DNA of 59,673 nucleotides from Burkholderiaceae bacterium (GTDB lineage Bacteria; Pseudomonadota; Gammaproteobacteria; Burkholderiales; Burkholderiaceae_C): NCBI GenBank assembly GCA_036276615.1, contig DASUON010000110.1, positions 1 to 59,673 of the forward strand, read 5' to 3'. Shown piece by piece: positions 10,879 to 19,998 of this stretch (position 1 is its first letter; each line of letters starts with the position of its first letter). The notes under the pieces were generated by a model. It saw only the letters and a program-made list of their open reading frames with translations, ran no database searches and was not told where the DNA came from. The position numbers and the translations under genes were made by a program.

Positions 10879-11868
10879 TCACTTCAGCCATCCGCGCTTG
10901 CGGAAGTACAGCATGGGCACCAGCGCCGAAGCCGCCATCAGCCCCACCACATAGGGGTAGGCCGCACGCCCCAACAGCTCCACCTCGGGAATGGTGAGGT
11001 TCATGCCGTAGACGCTGGCAATCAGCGTGGGAGGCAGCAAGGCCACGCTGGCCACCGAGAAGATCTTGATGATCTTGTTCTGGTTGATGTTGATGAAACC
11101 GACGGTGGCATCCATCAAGAAGTTGATCTTGTCGAACAGGAAGGCGGTGTGGCCGTCCAGCGAGTCCAGGTCGCGCAGGATCTGGCGCGCTTCCTCAAAC
11201 TGCTCCGACCCCAGCAGCCGGGTGCGCATCATGAAGCTGACGGCGCGGCGCGTGTCCATCACGTTGCGGCGGATGCGGCTGGACATGTCCTCGTGCCGGG
11301 CAATGGCCGCCAGCACTTCACTGGCCATGGCGTCGGTCACGTCGCCGGACAGCACCTTGCGGCTGACCTGCTCCAGGTCGTCGTAAATGTCTTCCAGGGT
11401 GTCGGCGCTGTACTCGGCGTCGGCGTCAAACAGCTTGAGCAGCACGTCCTTGGCGTCGTCGATCAGGCCGGGCATGCGCCGTGCACGCATGCGCAGCAGG
11501 CGAAACACCGGCACGTCTTCGTCGTGGATGGAAAACAGCACGCCACGGCTCTTGAGCTCGTCGTTCTGTTCGTTCAGGATGAAGGCCACGCGCACGGTGC
11601 GGGGGTCTTCCTCGTCGTCGATCAGGAAGTCGGAGCGGATGTGCAGCTCACCGTTGTCTTCCTGGAAGAACCGTGCCGATTCTTCAATGTCGTCGTCCAT
11701 GGCATCTTCGGGGATGCTCAGGCCGAAGTGCTGCTTGACCCAGCGACGTTCTTCGGGGGTGGGATCTTCCAGGTCCACCCAGATGGGCTTGAACCGGGCC
11801 AGTTCTTCCAGCGATTCGATTTCTTCCTGGAACAGCCGACCATTGGCCAGCGTGAACACATTGAGCAT
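10879..11868 (-). CDS. corA: magnesium/cobalt transporter CorA
   Basis: 329 aa with the YGMNL (GMN) motif and two C-terminal TM helices. Confidence 0.9.
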   Translation of the reverse strand: MLNVFTLANGRLFQEEIESLEELARFKPIWVDLEDPTPEERRWVKQHFGLSIPEDAMDDDIEESARFFQEDNGELHIRSDFLIDDEEDPRTVRVAFILNEQNDELKSRGVLFSIHDEDVPVFRLLRMRARRMPGLIDDAKDVLLKLFDADAEYSADTLEDIYDDLEQVSRKVLSGDVTDAMASEVLAAIARHEDMSSRIRRNVMDTRRAVSFMMRTRLLGSEQFEEARQILRDLDSLDGHTAFLFDKINFLMDATVGFININQNKIIKIFSVASVALLPPTLIASVYGMNLTIPEVELLGRAAYPYVVGLMAASALVPMLYFRKRGWLK

Positions 11869-11922
11869 GACTCAACTCCGTTGCAGGTGAGGGGCCGGTC
11901 TGCACCGCCAGGCGGTTGACCG

Positions 11923-11956
11923 AAAAAAAGGGGGGTGGGCGTCGCTTTCAACCCCC
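11923..11956 (-). terminator. intrinsic terminator downstream of the M48 protease gene
   Basis: The minus strand reads GGGGGT-loop-ACCCCC followed by T7. Confidence 0.65.
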
Positions 11957-12052
11957 GTGCCGTCCTCTGCAACAGCTCAACGGGTGATTGAAAGCGTGCC
12001 GCTAGGGCTGCTTTCCAATCCAGTCTCCAAAAATTGAGGTGGCGGGATTATG

Positions 12053-13633
12053 TCACCGCCGTTCGTCCTTTTGCTCTTCGCGCAAACGTTGGCTGAGCTC
12101 GCGCCAACGGGCGTCCAGGATGGACAGGTCCGTGTGGTCGGCTCGGGCCGCCGAGCCGGGTTGGCGCATCAGGTCACGCCCGGCTTGAAGCCGGTCCACC
12201 GCCCCCGCCAGATCCAGCGCCGCCAGCCGGGCTTCGGCCTCTGCACGGATGGCACGAATGGGCTGCCCCTGGGCATTCCAGGCGCGCGACAAGACCTGCC
12301 AGGCCTGCGCGTCATCGGGGTGGTCTACCACCCACGCCTGCAAGGCGTCGCTGGCTTGTGCGGCCTGCCCCAGTTCCAACCGGGCCACATTGCCCCACAA
12401 CACGCCCGACCGCTCGCCCGACCGGGCGGCTTCGTCGGCCCAGCTCGTCCAGTGGGCCTCCTTGGGCCACCCCGCGGCCTGCCCCACTTCCAAGGCCAGG
12501 CACACCCAGGCCAGCCTCGCTTGCGGGTCGGCATCCGCGGATTGCGGCGCGGTGTTCACGCGCTTCACCGCGGCGGCATGGTTCTTGAGCCGGGACGCCG
12601 CCAAGGCCGAGCTGTAGGCCAGCACCCCGGGCGCCACGTCGGTCCCGGACACCGGCTGGCCGTCCGCCCAGGCCTGAAGCCGATGGGTGTCGGGCTCGGT
12701 CAGGATCCGGGCCCGTGCCGCCATCTGCGCATGCCATGTGCGGGAGGTCTGCGTCGTTGCCACGGGAGGGCGAGCACTGCGCTGGGCGCTCAGTTGGGCC
12801 TGGCGGGTGGCCATGTCGGCAATGCGCTCGGTGGACAGCGGGTGGCTGCGCAGGTAAGGGAACGATCCGTCGTCGCTGAGTCGGGCCGCTTGTTGAAGCT
12901 TGCCGAACATGGACACGAAACCCAGGCCGTCAAACCCCGCTTCGGTCATCACGCCGAACCCCACGCGGTCGGCTTCCCGCTCCATGTCGCGAGAGAAATT
13001 GAGTTGGGTTTGCATGGCGGCGGCTTGCCCGCCCACCATGGCCGCCTGGGCCACGTCCACGTTCTTGGCCTTGCTGGCGGCAATGGCGCCCAGCACCATG
13101 GCGCCGATGATCCAAGGGGTTTGCCGGTCCTGCTGCGCCACCATGCGCGAAATGTGGCGCTGGGCCACGTGGGACAACTCGTGGGCCAGCACCGAGGCCA
13201 GTTCGTCGGTCGAGCCCACCGTGGCCATCAACCCCAGGTTGACGCCCAGGTAGCCCCCCGGCAACGCAAATGCATTGACGCTGCGGTCCTTGATGAGCAT
13301 CAGCTTCCAGGCAAAGCGGTCGGCCATGTCGGCGTCCAGCTGGCCTTGCGTTTGGGCCGTGTGCAACAGCGGTTGCCACACGTGGCGCAGGTAGTCGGTG
13401 AGGGCCGGGTCTTCGAAGTGGTCTGGGTCGCGCAGGATTTGCTGGGCGATTCGGTCTCCCAGCTTGCGCTCAGCCACCATGTCCAATCCACCGTTGTCAC
13501 CCAGGCGGGGCAACGCGATGGCCGATTCGCGTGGCGCTGGGGCACCTCCCGCCGGGATGGCCAAACACAGGGACAGCGCCCCCAGGGCGTGAATCAGCCG
13601 CGTCCGGCGAAGGGATTTCGTGGGGTTCTTCAT
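12053..13633 (-). CDS. M48 family periplasmic metalloprotease with TPR-like C-terminus (BepA/YfgC-like)
   Basis: 526 aa from MKNPTKSLRRTRLIHALGALSLCLA (signal peptide). HExxH motif HELSHVAQRH, and a helical repeat C-terminal half. Confidence 0.8.
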   Translation of the reverse strand: MKNPTKSLRRTRLIHALGALSLCLAIPAGGAPAPRESAIALPRLGDNGGLDMVAERKLGDRIAQQILRDPDHFEDPALTDYLRHVWQPLLHTAQTQGQLDADMADRFAWKLMLIKDRSVNAFALPGGYLGVNLGLMATVGSTDELASVLAHELSHVAQRHISRMVAQQDRQTPWIIGAMVLGAIAASKAKNVDVAQAAMVGGQAAAMQTQLNFSRDMEREADRVGFGVMTEAGFDGLGFVSMFGKLQQAARLSDDGSFPYLRSHPLSTERIADMATRQAQLSAQRSARPPVATTQTSRTWHAQMAARARILTEPDTHRLQAWADGQPVSGTDVAPGVLAYSSALAASRLKNHAAAVKRVNTAPQSADADPQARLAWVCLALEVGQAAGWPKEAHWTSWADEAARSGERSGVLWGNVARLELGQAAQASDALQAWVVDHPDDAQAWQVLSRAWNAQGQPIRAIRAEAEARLAALDLAGAVDRLQAGRDLMRQPGSAARADHTDLSILDARWRELSQRLREEQKDERR

Positions 13634-13713
13634 GACATGCTGCACGTTGCGGCCGATCGTAATGGTCAGTGGGTGCCTGTGGCGATAAGATTCCCCCACA
13701 CTCTCCGGGTTCC

Positions 13714-15993
13714 ATGCGCTCCAAACCTTCCCACCGTCGACACTCGCCGCAGCATGGCTGGATTGCGGTGTGGATGCATGCCGTGGTGATTGCCGCACTG
13801 TCGGTGCTCGCCAACGTCGCAGGGGTGCAACAGCTGTGGCTGCCGTTGCTGTGGCCCGCGGCGGGCATGGGGTTTTCCTTGCTCCTCACCCGGGGGCACA
13901 AGGCCATCTGGTCCTTGAGCCTGGGGGTGATGGCCTGGTCGGCCCTGACCCACCCGGAGGCCTTGTTCATGGCCCCCGTGGTGGCCGCAGCCACCGGGGT
14001 GGGACAGTGGTTGGCCTGGAAGCGCCTGCAAGTCCGGTTTGCGGGCACCTCACAGCCGTTTGCCCGCATGATCACGGTCATTGCGTTCCTGCGGGTGCAA
14101 GGCATGCTGGCGGCACCGGTGTCGTCATTGATCCTCACCGTGGGCTGGGTCCTGTGGCAACCACAAACCCCGTGGATGCGCCTGGCCTGGATGTGGGGTG
14201 CACACTGGGTGTTGTTCCTGGCCAGCACGGTGTTGGTGGCCCCACTCACCTGGGAGTGGCTGATTGCCCGCACCCGTGGAGGGCATCAGCGGTTCTTCGA
14301 CAAGGCGCTGGAGGCGTTTCGGGCGGATTGGCGCACCTTGTCGGCCATCGTGCTGCTGACCTTGACCGCCGGCGCTTTCTGGACATGGCAGCTGCCCGTG
14401 CAGGCCCGGGCAGCCATCATCTTGATGCTGCCTTTTTTGGTGTGGGACGCCACCCGTGCCGGCTCGCTCACCATCCACCTGATGACCTTGCTGACCGGGG
14501 TGCTTTCCTTGGTGGTGGCCAAATTCACCCTGCCTGCCGCGGGTGTTCCCGCTCTGGTGCGGGCCACGGAACTGAGTTGGTTGGTGCTGGCCGTGGCCGT
14601 GGGCATCATGGCCGTGCAAGTCCTTCAGGTGACCGCGCATGAGCGACGTCTGGCGCTGCGCAGGTTGGAACGTCAGGCCGACACCGATCCACTGACCAAC
14701 CTCCTCAGCCTCTCGGGCCTGTACCGGAAGTTCGAAGAGATGGGTGATCGGGTGGACGACGCCTCGGACACCCAGTTCAGCCATTTCGGAGAGGGTTCTC
14801 CTACACGGAGGCCGACCTTGGTCAGCGTCCAGATGACCAATGCCGACTCCATGGAGCAACTGCTGGGCACCAAACAAAGCGACATGGTGGAACGGTCCAC
14901 CAGCGGCGCCCTGACGCAAGCTGCCCCCAAAGTGTTGTGGGCCCGGGTGTCCAAGGCGCATTTTGTGGGTTTGTTGCCCGGCGGCGGCGAAGAGCTGGAT
15001 GCCTTGCTCACGCAGCTGAACTTTGCGGTGCTGGAGACCCGGGCCTTGGTCGATGAAAGCGTGGGACGCCCGATCTGGACCTTGGCGGCGGTGACGATCG
15101 AGTCCGACCCCAGCCCCCCCATTGAGGTGGTGATGGCCTGCCTGCGCCAGGCCGAGCAGATGGCTCAGGACAGCCGCCAGATCCAGGTGCTGCCGGTCGA
15201 TCACGAGTCGGCCCAGGCCCTCAAACTCGAAGCCGAGCAGGCGGAGCGCATCCGCCTCATCATTCAGCAAAAGAAGCTGGTCCTGTTTGCCCAGCCCATT
15301 GTGGCCAATGTGGACACCAGCGCTCTCAAGCACAAGTACGAGGTGCTGATCCGCCTGAAAGACGACGCGGGCAACATCATTCCCCCCGGGGCCTTTCTGC
15401 CCGTGGCCATGCGCGCAGGTTTGATGCAGCTGCTGGACATGGCGGTCATGGAGCAGACCTTCCAGTGGTTTGCCGCCCACCCGAAAGCGCTGGAGGCCTT
15501 GAGCCATTGCGCCATCAACCTCTCCGGTCCCACCGTGGCCAGCCCCACCGTGGCCCAACGCATTGCCGATGGGCTGCGCATGCACAAATTGCCGGCGCAC
15601 AAGTTCACGTTTGAAATCACCGAAAGCCAGGCCATTGCCAACCCAGGGCAGGCCACGGACACCATCCGCGCCATTCGGGAATGTGGTTGTCGCGTGGCCA
15701 TTGACGACTTTGGCACCGGGGTGGCCACGTTCGACTACCTCAAGCGGTTTGACGTGGACTACATCAAGATCGACGGCGCGTTCATCAAGAGCCTGCTCAA
15801 TGACCCCGTGGACCGGGTCATTGTGGAGTCCATGGTCAAGGTGGCGCACCAACTCAAGGTGCGCACGGTGGCGGAGTTTGTCAGCAGCCCGGCACTGCAC
15901 CAGGCCGTCACGGCCCTGGGCGTGGACGAAAGCCAAGGTTTTGTGTTCGGGCAACCCAAGCCGCTGCACGAATGGTTTGACGAAGACCGCTGA
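13714..15993 (+). CDS. membrane sensor with degenerate GGDEF-like domain and EAL phosphodiesterase domain
   Basis: About 759 aa with a multi-TM N-terminus. The GGDEF position reads SKAHF (degenerate). EAL-domain motifs are present: YEVLIRL, FEITES, IAIDDFGTG, KIDG, SQGFVFGQP. GTG 13669 is an alternative start. Confidence 0.8.
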   Translation: MRSKPSHRRHSPQHGWIAVWMHAVVIAALSVLANVAGVQQLWLPLLWPAAGMGFSLLLTRGHKAIWSLSLGVMAWSALTHPEALFMAPVVAAATGVGQWLAWKRLQVRFAGTSQPFARMITVIAFLRVQGMLAAPVSSLILTVGWVLWQPQTPWMRLAWMWGAHWVLFLASTVLVAPLTWEWLIARTRGGHQRFFDKALEAFRADWRTLSAIVLLTLTAGAFWTWQLPVQARAAIILMLPFLVWDATRAGSLTIHLMTLLTGVLSLVVAKFTLPAAGVPALVRATELSWLVLAVAVGIMAVQVLQVTAHERRLALRRLERQADTDPLTNLLSLSGLYRKFEEMGDRVDDASDTQFSHFGEGSPTRRPTLVSVQMTNADSMEQLLGTKQSDMVERSTSGALTQAAPKVLWARVSKAHFVGLLPGGGEELDALLTQLNFAVLETRALVDESVGRPIWTLAAVTIESDPSPPIEVVMACLRQAEQMAQDSRQIQVLPVDHESAQALKLEAEQAERIRLIIQQKKLVLFAQPIVANVDTSALKHKYEVLIRLKDDAGNIIPPGAFLPVAMRAGLMQLLDMAVMEQTFQWFAAHPKALEALSHCAINLSGPTVASPTVAQRIADGLRMHKLPAHKFTFEITESQAIANPGQATDTIRAIRECGCRVAIDDFGTGVATFDYLKRFDVDYIKIDGAFIKSLLNDPVDRVIVESMVKVAHQLKVRTVAEFVSSPALHQAVTALGVDESQGFVFGQPKPLHEWFDEDR

Positions 15994-16055
15994 AGACGGT
16001 CACCGCACGATCAATGTCGCCTGGCAGGCGATGATTGGCCTCATACACTTGGTGC

Positions 16056-16298
16056 ATGAACATGAAAATCGTTGTGTACTCCAAATCCGCCTGTCAGCAG
16101 TGTGATGCCGCCAAGATGCTGCTCACATCGCGTTCGTTGCCCTTTGAAGAAATCAAGATCGACGACGACGCCCAGCGCCAAGCGTTTTATGCCCAGTGTG
16201 GTCCGTCGGTGCGGCAAATGCCGCAAATCTTCATCAACGAGCAGCGCGTGGGCGGGCTGGCCGGTTTGCAGGCGGCCCTGACCCAACTGGGCCGGTAA
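16056..16298 (+). CDS. glutaredoxin/NrdH-like small redox protein
   Basis: 80 aa. VVYSKSACQQCDAAKMLL with a CxxC motif, and a ..PQIFINEQRVGG.. thioredoxin fold signature. Confidence 0.75.
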   Translation: MNMKIVVYSKSACQQCDAAKMLLTSRSLPFEEIKIDDDAQRQAFYAQCGPSVRQMPQIFINEQRVGGLAGLQAALTQLGR

Positions 16299-16320
16299 CC
16301 CACGTTCCAAGGTGCACCGC

Positions 16321-18354
16321 ATGAACGCAAGCAGTACCCTTTCCCTGCCCGCTGGCGCGGGTGCCGACGACCGGGAGGTGCTCCGCCGCGAGTTGGCCCG
16401 GCGCTTGGCCAAACAGGAAATGGCCTCCAGCCTGTTTGCGTTTCTGGGATACGGTCCCCAGGCCTACATGGCCAAAGGGGCGGTTCCCGATGCAATGCTG
16501 CTCATCTGGCTGGTGACCCTGGTGGTGGCGGAAATGTTCAGTGCCACCACCTGCTATTTTCTGAAGCGCTCGTTGGACAACCCGGTCCGGCGTCAGCGCC
16601 TCACATCGTTGTTGATGGTCTGCGTGGGCATCAGCGGCAGCATCTGGGGCAGCGTCATCCTGATGCCGGGGCTGCACGACAACCCCACCACCGGGGCCTT
16701 GCAGGCCACGGCCATCGGCATCGTGGCCATTGCCTCCACCCAGGCCATGGCCACCCACCCGGGCTGCCTGGCCATGTACACCTTGGGCATTTTGTGGCCC
16801 ACGGTGGTTTCGGGGTTTGCCGATGGGGGGCTGCCTGTGGCGTTCGGCGTGGCGGCCATCGGGCTTTACTTGATGTGCCAGGTCTACGGATTGACCACCC
16901 GCAAACTGGTGGTGGAGGCCATCCAGGCGGAACAGGCCATTCGCAAAGGCAAGGAAGCGGCCGAAGCCGCCAACCGGGCCAAGAGCGTGTTCTTGTCCAA
17001 CATGAGCCATGAGCTGCGCACGCCGCTCAACGCCATCCTGGGGTATGCCCAGCTCTTGTCCCGGCAGGACGGGTTGACCGCCCAGCAGCGGCGCCAGATC
17101 AACGTCATGCACGCCAGCGGCGAACACCTGCTGACCTTGATCGGCGACATCCTCGACCTCAGCAAGATCGAGGCCCAGAAACTGAGTTTGACCTTGGCTC
17201 CCCTGTCCCCTGTGGCGTTGTTCGAGCAGGTGGTGGACATCACCCGCCCGCGTGCCCTGCAAAAAGGGCTGGACCTGCGGCTGGAGTTGAGCACACCGTT
17301 TCCCGCCTGGGTTCGGGGCGACGAAAGCCGCCTGCGGCAGGTGTTGCTCAACCTGCTGGCCAACGCCATCAAGTTCACGCCGTCGGGCTCGGTGGTGTTG
17401 CGGGCGTCCTATGGTGCGGGTCACGGCCAGACCCTGGTGTGCGAAGTGACGGACACCGGCATTGGCATTCCCCACGACCAACTGGACGCCATCTTCGAGC
17501 CCTTCACCCAGCTCACACCCGACGCCCAAGGGCGCGAGGGGGTTGGCTTGGGGCTGCCCATTTCGCGCAGCCTGGTCTCCCTGATGGGGGGCACCCTTTC
17601 AGTTTCCAGTGTCCCGGGCGAGGGCAGCACCTTCCGTCTGGCGGTTGCCTTGCCCGAAACGCCAGCCCACCGGCCCTGTGACGCCACCGATGACCGGAAC
17701 ATTTCCGGCTACCTGGGCGTGCGTCGGCACATCCTGGTGGTGGATGACAACCCGGTCAATGCGGTGTTGCTGCAAGACATCCTGACGCCCCTGGGGTTCG
17801 ACGTGCGCATTGCATCCGGCGGGCAGGAGGCTTTGCAACTGGCCCAGGCCACTCGTCCCGACCTCATCCTGCTGGACCTGGTCATGCCGCAATGGGATGG
17901 TGTCGCCACCCTTCAGGCCTTGCGTGCCGACACCCAGCTGAGCGCCGTGCCGGTCATTGGTTTGTCGGCCTCCAATGCCGACGGGGATCGAAAGCAGGCC
18001 TTTGTGGACGCCTGCAATGCGTTCTTGAAAAAGCCGGTTCAACTGGGTGAGTTGTTGCCCACCTTGCAGCGCTTGCTGCACCTGACGTGGCAGCGAACCG
18101 CGGACGATGCACCGTCCACCGCCACCGCCACCACCACCACCGCGACACTCCAACCCGCCGCGTTGGCAGCCCAGTCCACGGCATGGCGCGCGGCCCTGAC
18201 CGAAGCGGCGCTGAGCCTGGACGGGGAAAAGATGCACGGGCTCATTGCGCAAATCGCCGCCACGAACGCGGCCTTGGCCGCGGCGCTGTCGGAGATGGTG
18301 GATCGATTCGACTACCAGGCCATTCTGGATGCGCTGGAAGCCAGCCGCACCTGA
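16321..18354 (+). CDS. hybrid sensor histidine kinase/response regulator
   Basis: Multi-TM N-terminus, H-box SHELRTPLNAILGYAQLL, HATPase N/G boxes, and a C-terminal receiver (ILVVDDNPVN...LILLDLVMPQWDG). Confidence 0.9.
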   Translation: MNASSTLSLPAGAGADDREVLRRELARRLAKQEMASSLFAFLGYGPQAYMAKGAVPDAMLLIWLVTLVVAEMFSATTCYFLKRSLDNPVRRQRLTSLLMVCVGISGSIWGSVILMPGLHDNPTTGALQATAIGIVAIASTQAMATHPGCLAMYTLGILWPTVVSGFADGGLPVAFGVAAIGLYLMCQVYGLTTRKLVVEAIQAEQAIRKGKEAAEAANRAKSVFLSNMSHELRTPLNAILGYAQLLSRQDGLTAQQRRQINVMHASGEHLLTLIGDILDLSKIEAQKLSLTLAPLSPVALFEQVVDITRPRALQKGLDLRLELSTPFPAWVRGDESRLRQVLLNLLANAIKFTPSGSVVLRASYGAGHGQTLVCEVTDTGIGIPHDQLDAIFEPFTQLTPDAQGREGVGLGLPISRSLVSLMGGTLSVSSVPGEGSTFRLAVALPETPAHRPCDATDDRNISGYLGVRRHILVVDDNPVNAVLLQDILTPLGFDVRIASGGQEALQLAQATRPDLILLDLVMPQWDGVATLQALRADTQLSAVPVIGLSASNADGDRKQAFVDACNAFLKKPVQLGELLPTLQRLLHLTWQRTADDAPSTATATTTTATLQPAALAAQSTAWRAALTEAALSLDGEKMHGLIAQIAATNAALAAALSEMVDRFDYQAILDALEASRT

Positions 18355-18367
18355 CGCAGGAGAGTGC

Positions 18368-19885
18368 ATGCCACACCATGGAAGCATCCTGGCCGTTGAC
18401 GACACCGAGGCTTCCTTGCAGATCCTCAGCGATCTTCTGAAAGAAGCCGGACACTCGGTCCGCACGGCCTTGAGCGGAAAGCTGGCGTTGTTATCGGCCG
18501 CTCACCGGGTGCCCGACCTCATCCTTCTGGACATTCGAATGCCCGACATGGACGGCTTCGAGGTGTGTCGACAGCTCAAGGCCCGAGCCGACACGCGGGA
18601 TGTGCCGGTGATCTTCATCAGCGCCCTGTCGGACACCGATGAGAAGATCCGCAGTTTCCAGCTCGGTGCCGTGGACTACGTGACCAAGCCCTTTCAGCGC
18701 GACGAGTTGTTGGCCCGGGTGTCCACCCACATCCATTTGCGGCGCATGCAGTTGCAGGTGCACACCCAGAACGAAGAGTTGCGCCAGTACCGTGCGCAGC
18801 TGGAAGACCTGGTGGCCCAGCGCACGGCGGAACTGCAAAACAGCAACCAGCGCCTGAAGCTCATGAGTTATGCCCTGGACCAGGTGCGCGAAGCGGCGTA
18901 CCTGATTGGCAAGGATGGCGCTTTTTTCTACGTCAACCAAGAGGCTTGCCGAGCCCATGGGTACAGCGCCGAAGAGTTGCAACAACTCAACGTGATGGAC
19001 ATTGATCCGGACATTTCCGCGGAAGCAATTGCGGCCACTTGGCACGTGGTCTGGGAAAAAACCACAGGACCTGTCACGTTCGAAGCCCGACATCGTCGTC
19101 GCGATGGCTCCATCTTTCCGGTGGAAGTCCACAGCAGCCCCATTCGTTTTGAAAATCACGACTTGGCCTTGGCGCTGGCGTATGACATCACCGAACGCAA
19201 GGAGGCGGAGAGGCGTCTGCGCGACTCCTACGCGCAATTGCAGGAGTTGAATTCCCTTCGGGAGTCCGACCGGGAAGACGAGCGCAAGCGCATCGCGCAC
19301 GAGCTCCATGACGAACTGGGCCAGTGTTTGACGGCCCTTCGCATTGGCATCAGCACCCTCCGTTACCGCGAAGAGCGAGACAGCGCCTGGCTGGATGGGC
19401 GGCTGGTGGCGCTCACCGCCCAGGTGGACGACACCATCCGGGTGGTGCGCTCGGTCACGGTGGCGTTGCGACCGCCCGTGCTGGGCATGGGCATTGGCCC
19501 GGCCCTGGAATGGCTGGTGGCCCAGTTCCAGAAGACCACCGACCTGAGCTGCGAGGTGCACATTCCCTCTGACTTCTGCGGCTTGACCGAGGCCGCCTCC
19601 GTGGCGCTGTACCGCATTGTTCAGGAAGCACTGACCAATGTGGCTCGCCATTCACAGGCCCGCACGGTGCGCATTTTCGGTCAGCACAACGGCGGTGGCT
19701 GCCAGTTGAACATTGTGGACGACGGTTCCGGCATCCACGCCTGGGCGTTGGACGGTCCATCCTTGGGCTTGCTGGGCATGCGGGAGCGTGCCCAGCAACT
19801 GGGGGGCACGGTGGTGGTGGATGCGGCCCCAGGGCGGGGCACACGGGTCAGTGTCTGGATTCCCAGCCAACACGCCGACACCTGA
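18368..19885 (+). CDS. REC-PAS-HisKA_3 type sensor histidine kinase
   Basis: N-terminal receiver (ILAVDDTEASL...LILLDIRMPDMDG...KPF), a PAS domain (DGSIFPVEV), a NarX/LiaS-type H-box RIAHELHDELGQ, and a HATPase domain. Confidence 0.85.
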   Translation: MPHHGSILAVDDTEASLQILSDLLKEAGHSVRTALSGKLALLSAAHRVPDLILLDIRMPDMDGFEVCRQLKARADTRDVPVIFISALSDTDEKIRSFQLGAVDYVTKPFQRDELLARVSTHIHLRRMQLQVHTQNEELRQYRAQLEDLVAQRTAELQNSNQRLKLMSYALDQVREAAYLIGKDGAFFYVNQEACRAHGYSAEELQQLNVMDIDPDISAEAIAATWHVVWEKTTGPVTFEARHRRRDGSIFPVEVHSSPIRFENHDLALALAYDITERKEAERRLRDSYAQLQELNSLRESDREDERKRIAHELHDELGQCLTALRIGISTLRYREERDSAWLDGRLVALTAQVDDTIRVVRSVTVALRPPVLGMGIGPALEWLVAQFQKTTDLSCEVHIPSDFCGLTEAASVALYRIVQEALTNVARHSQARTVRIFGQHNGGGCQLNIVDDGSGIHAWALDGPSLGLLGMRERAQQLGGTVVVDAAPGRGTRVSVWIPSQHADT

Positions 19886-19900
19886 CCGGCGGAGTCCTGG

Positions 19901-19926
19901 GGCAAAAAATTCAAAGGTTTTTTGCC
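19901..19926. terminator. AT-rich hairpin after the sensor kinase gene
   Basis: GGCAAAAAA-ttcaaagg-TTTTTTGCC, a 9-bp stem, 16 nt after the stop. Confidence 0.4.
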
Positions 19927-19930
19927 GACT

Positions 19931-19972
19931 AGCGCTTTATTCAAAAGCGCAAGCAGCTCTTATTTTTATAGC
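19931..19972. repeat. AT-rich REP-like intergenic repeat, copy c (at the left border of the T3SS island)
   Basis: AGCGCTTTATTCAAAAGCGCAAGCAGCTCTTATTTTTATAGC. About 75-80 percent identical by eye to copy d and to the reverse complement of copy a. Confidence 0.7.
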
Positions 19973-19998
19973 AACCAGACCACAATGCCGGGTGCCTG

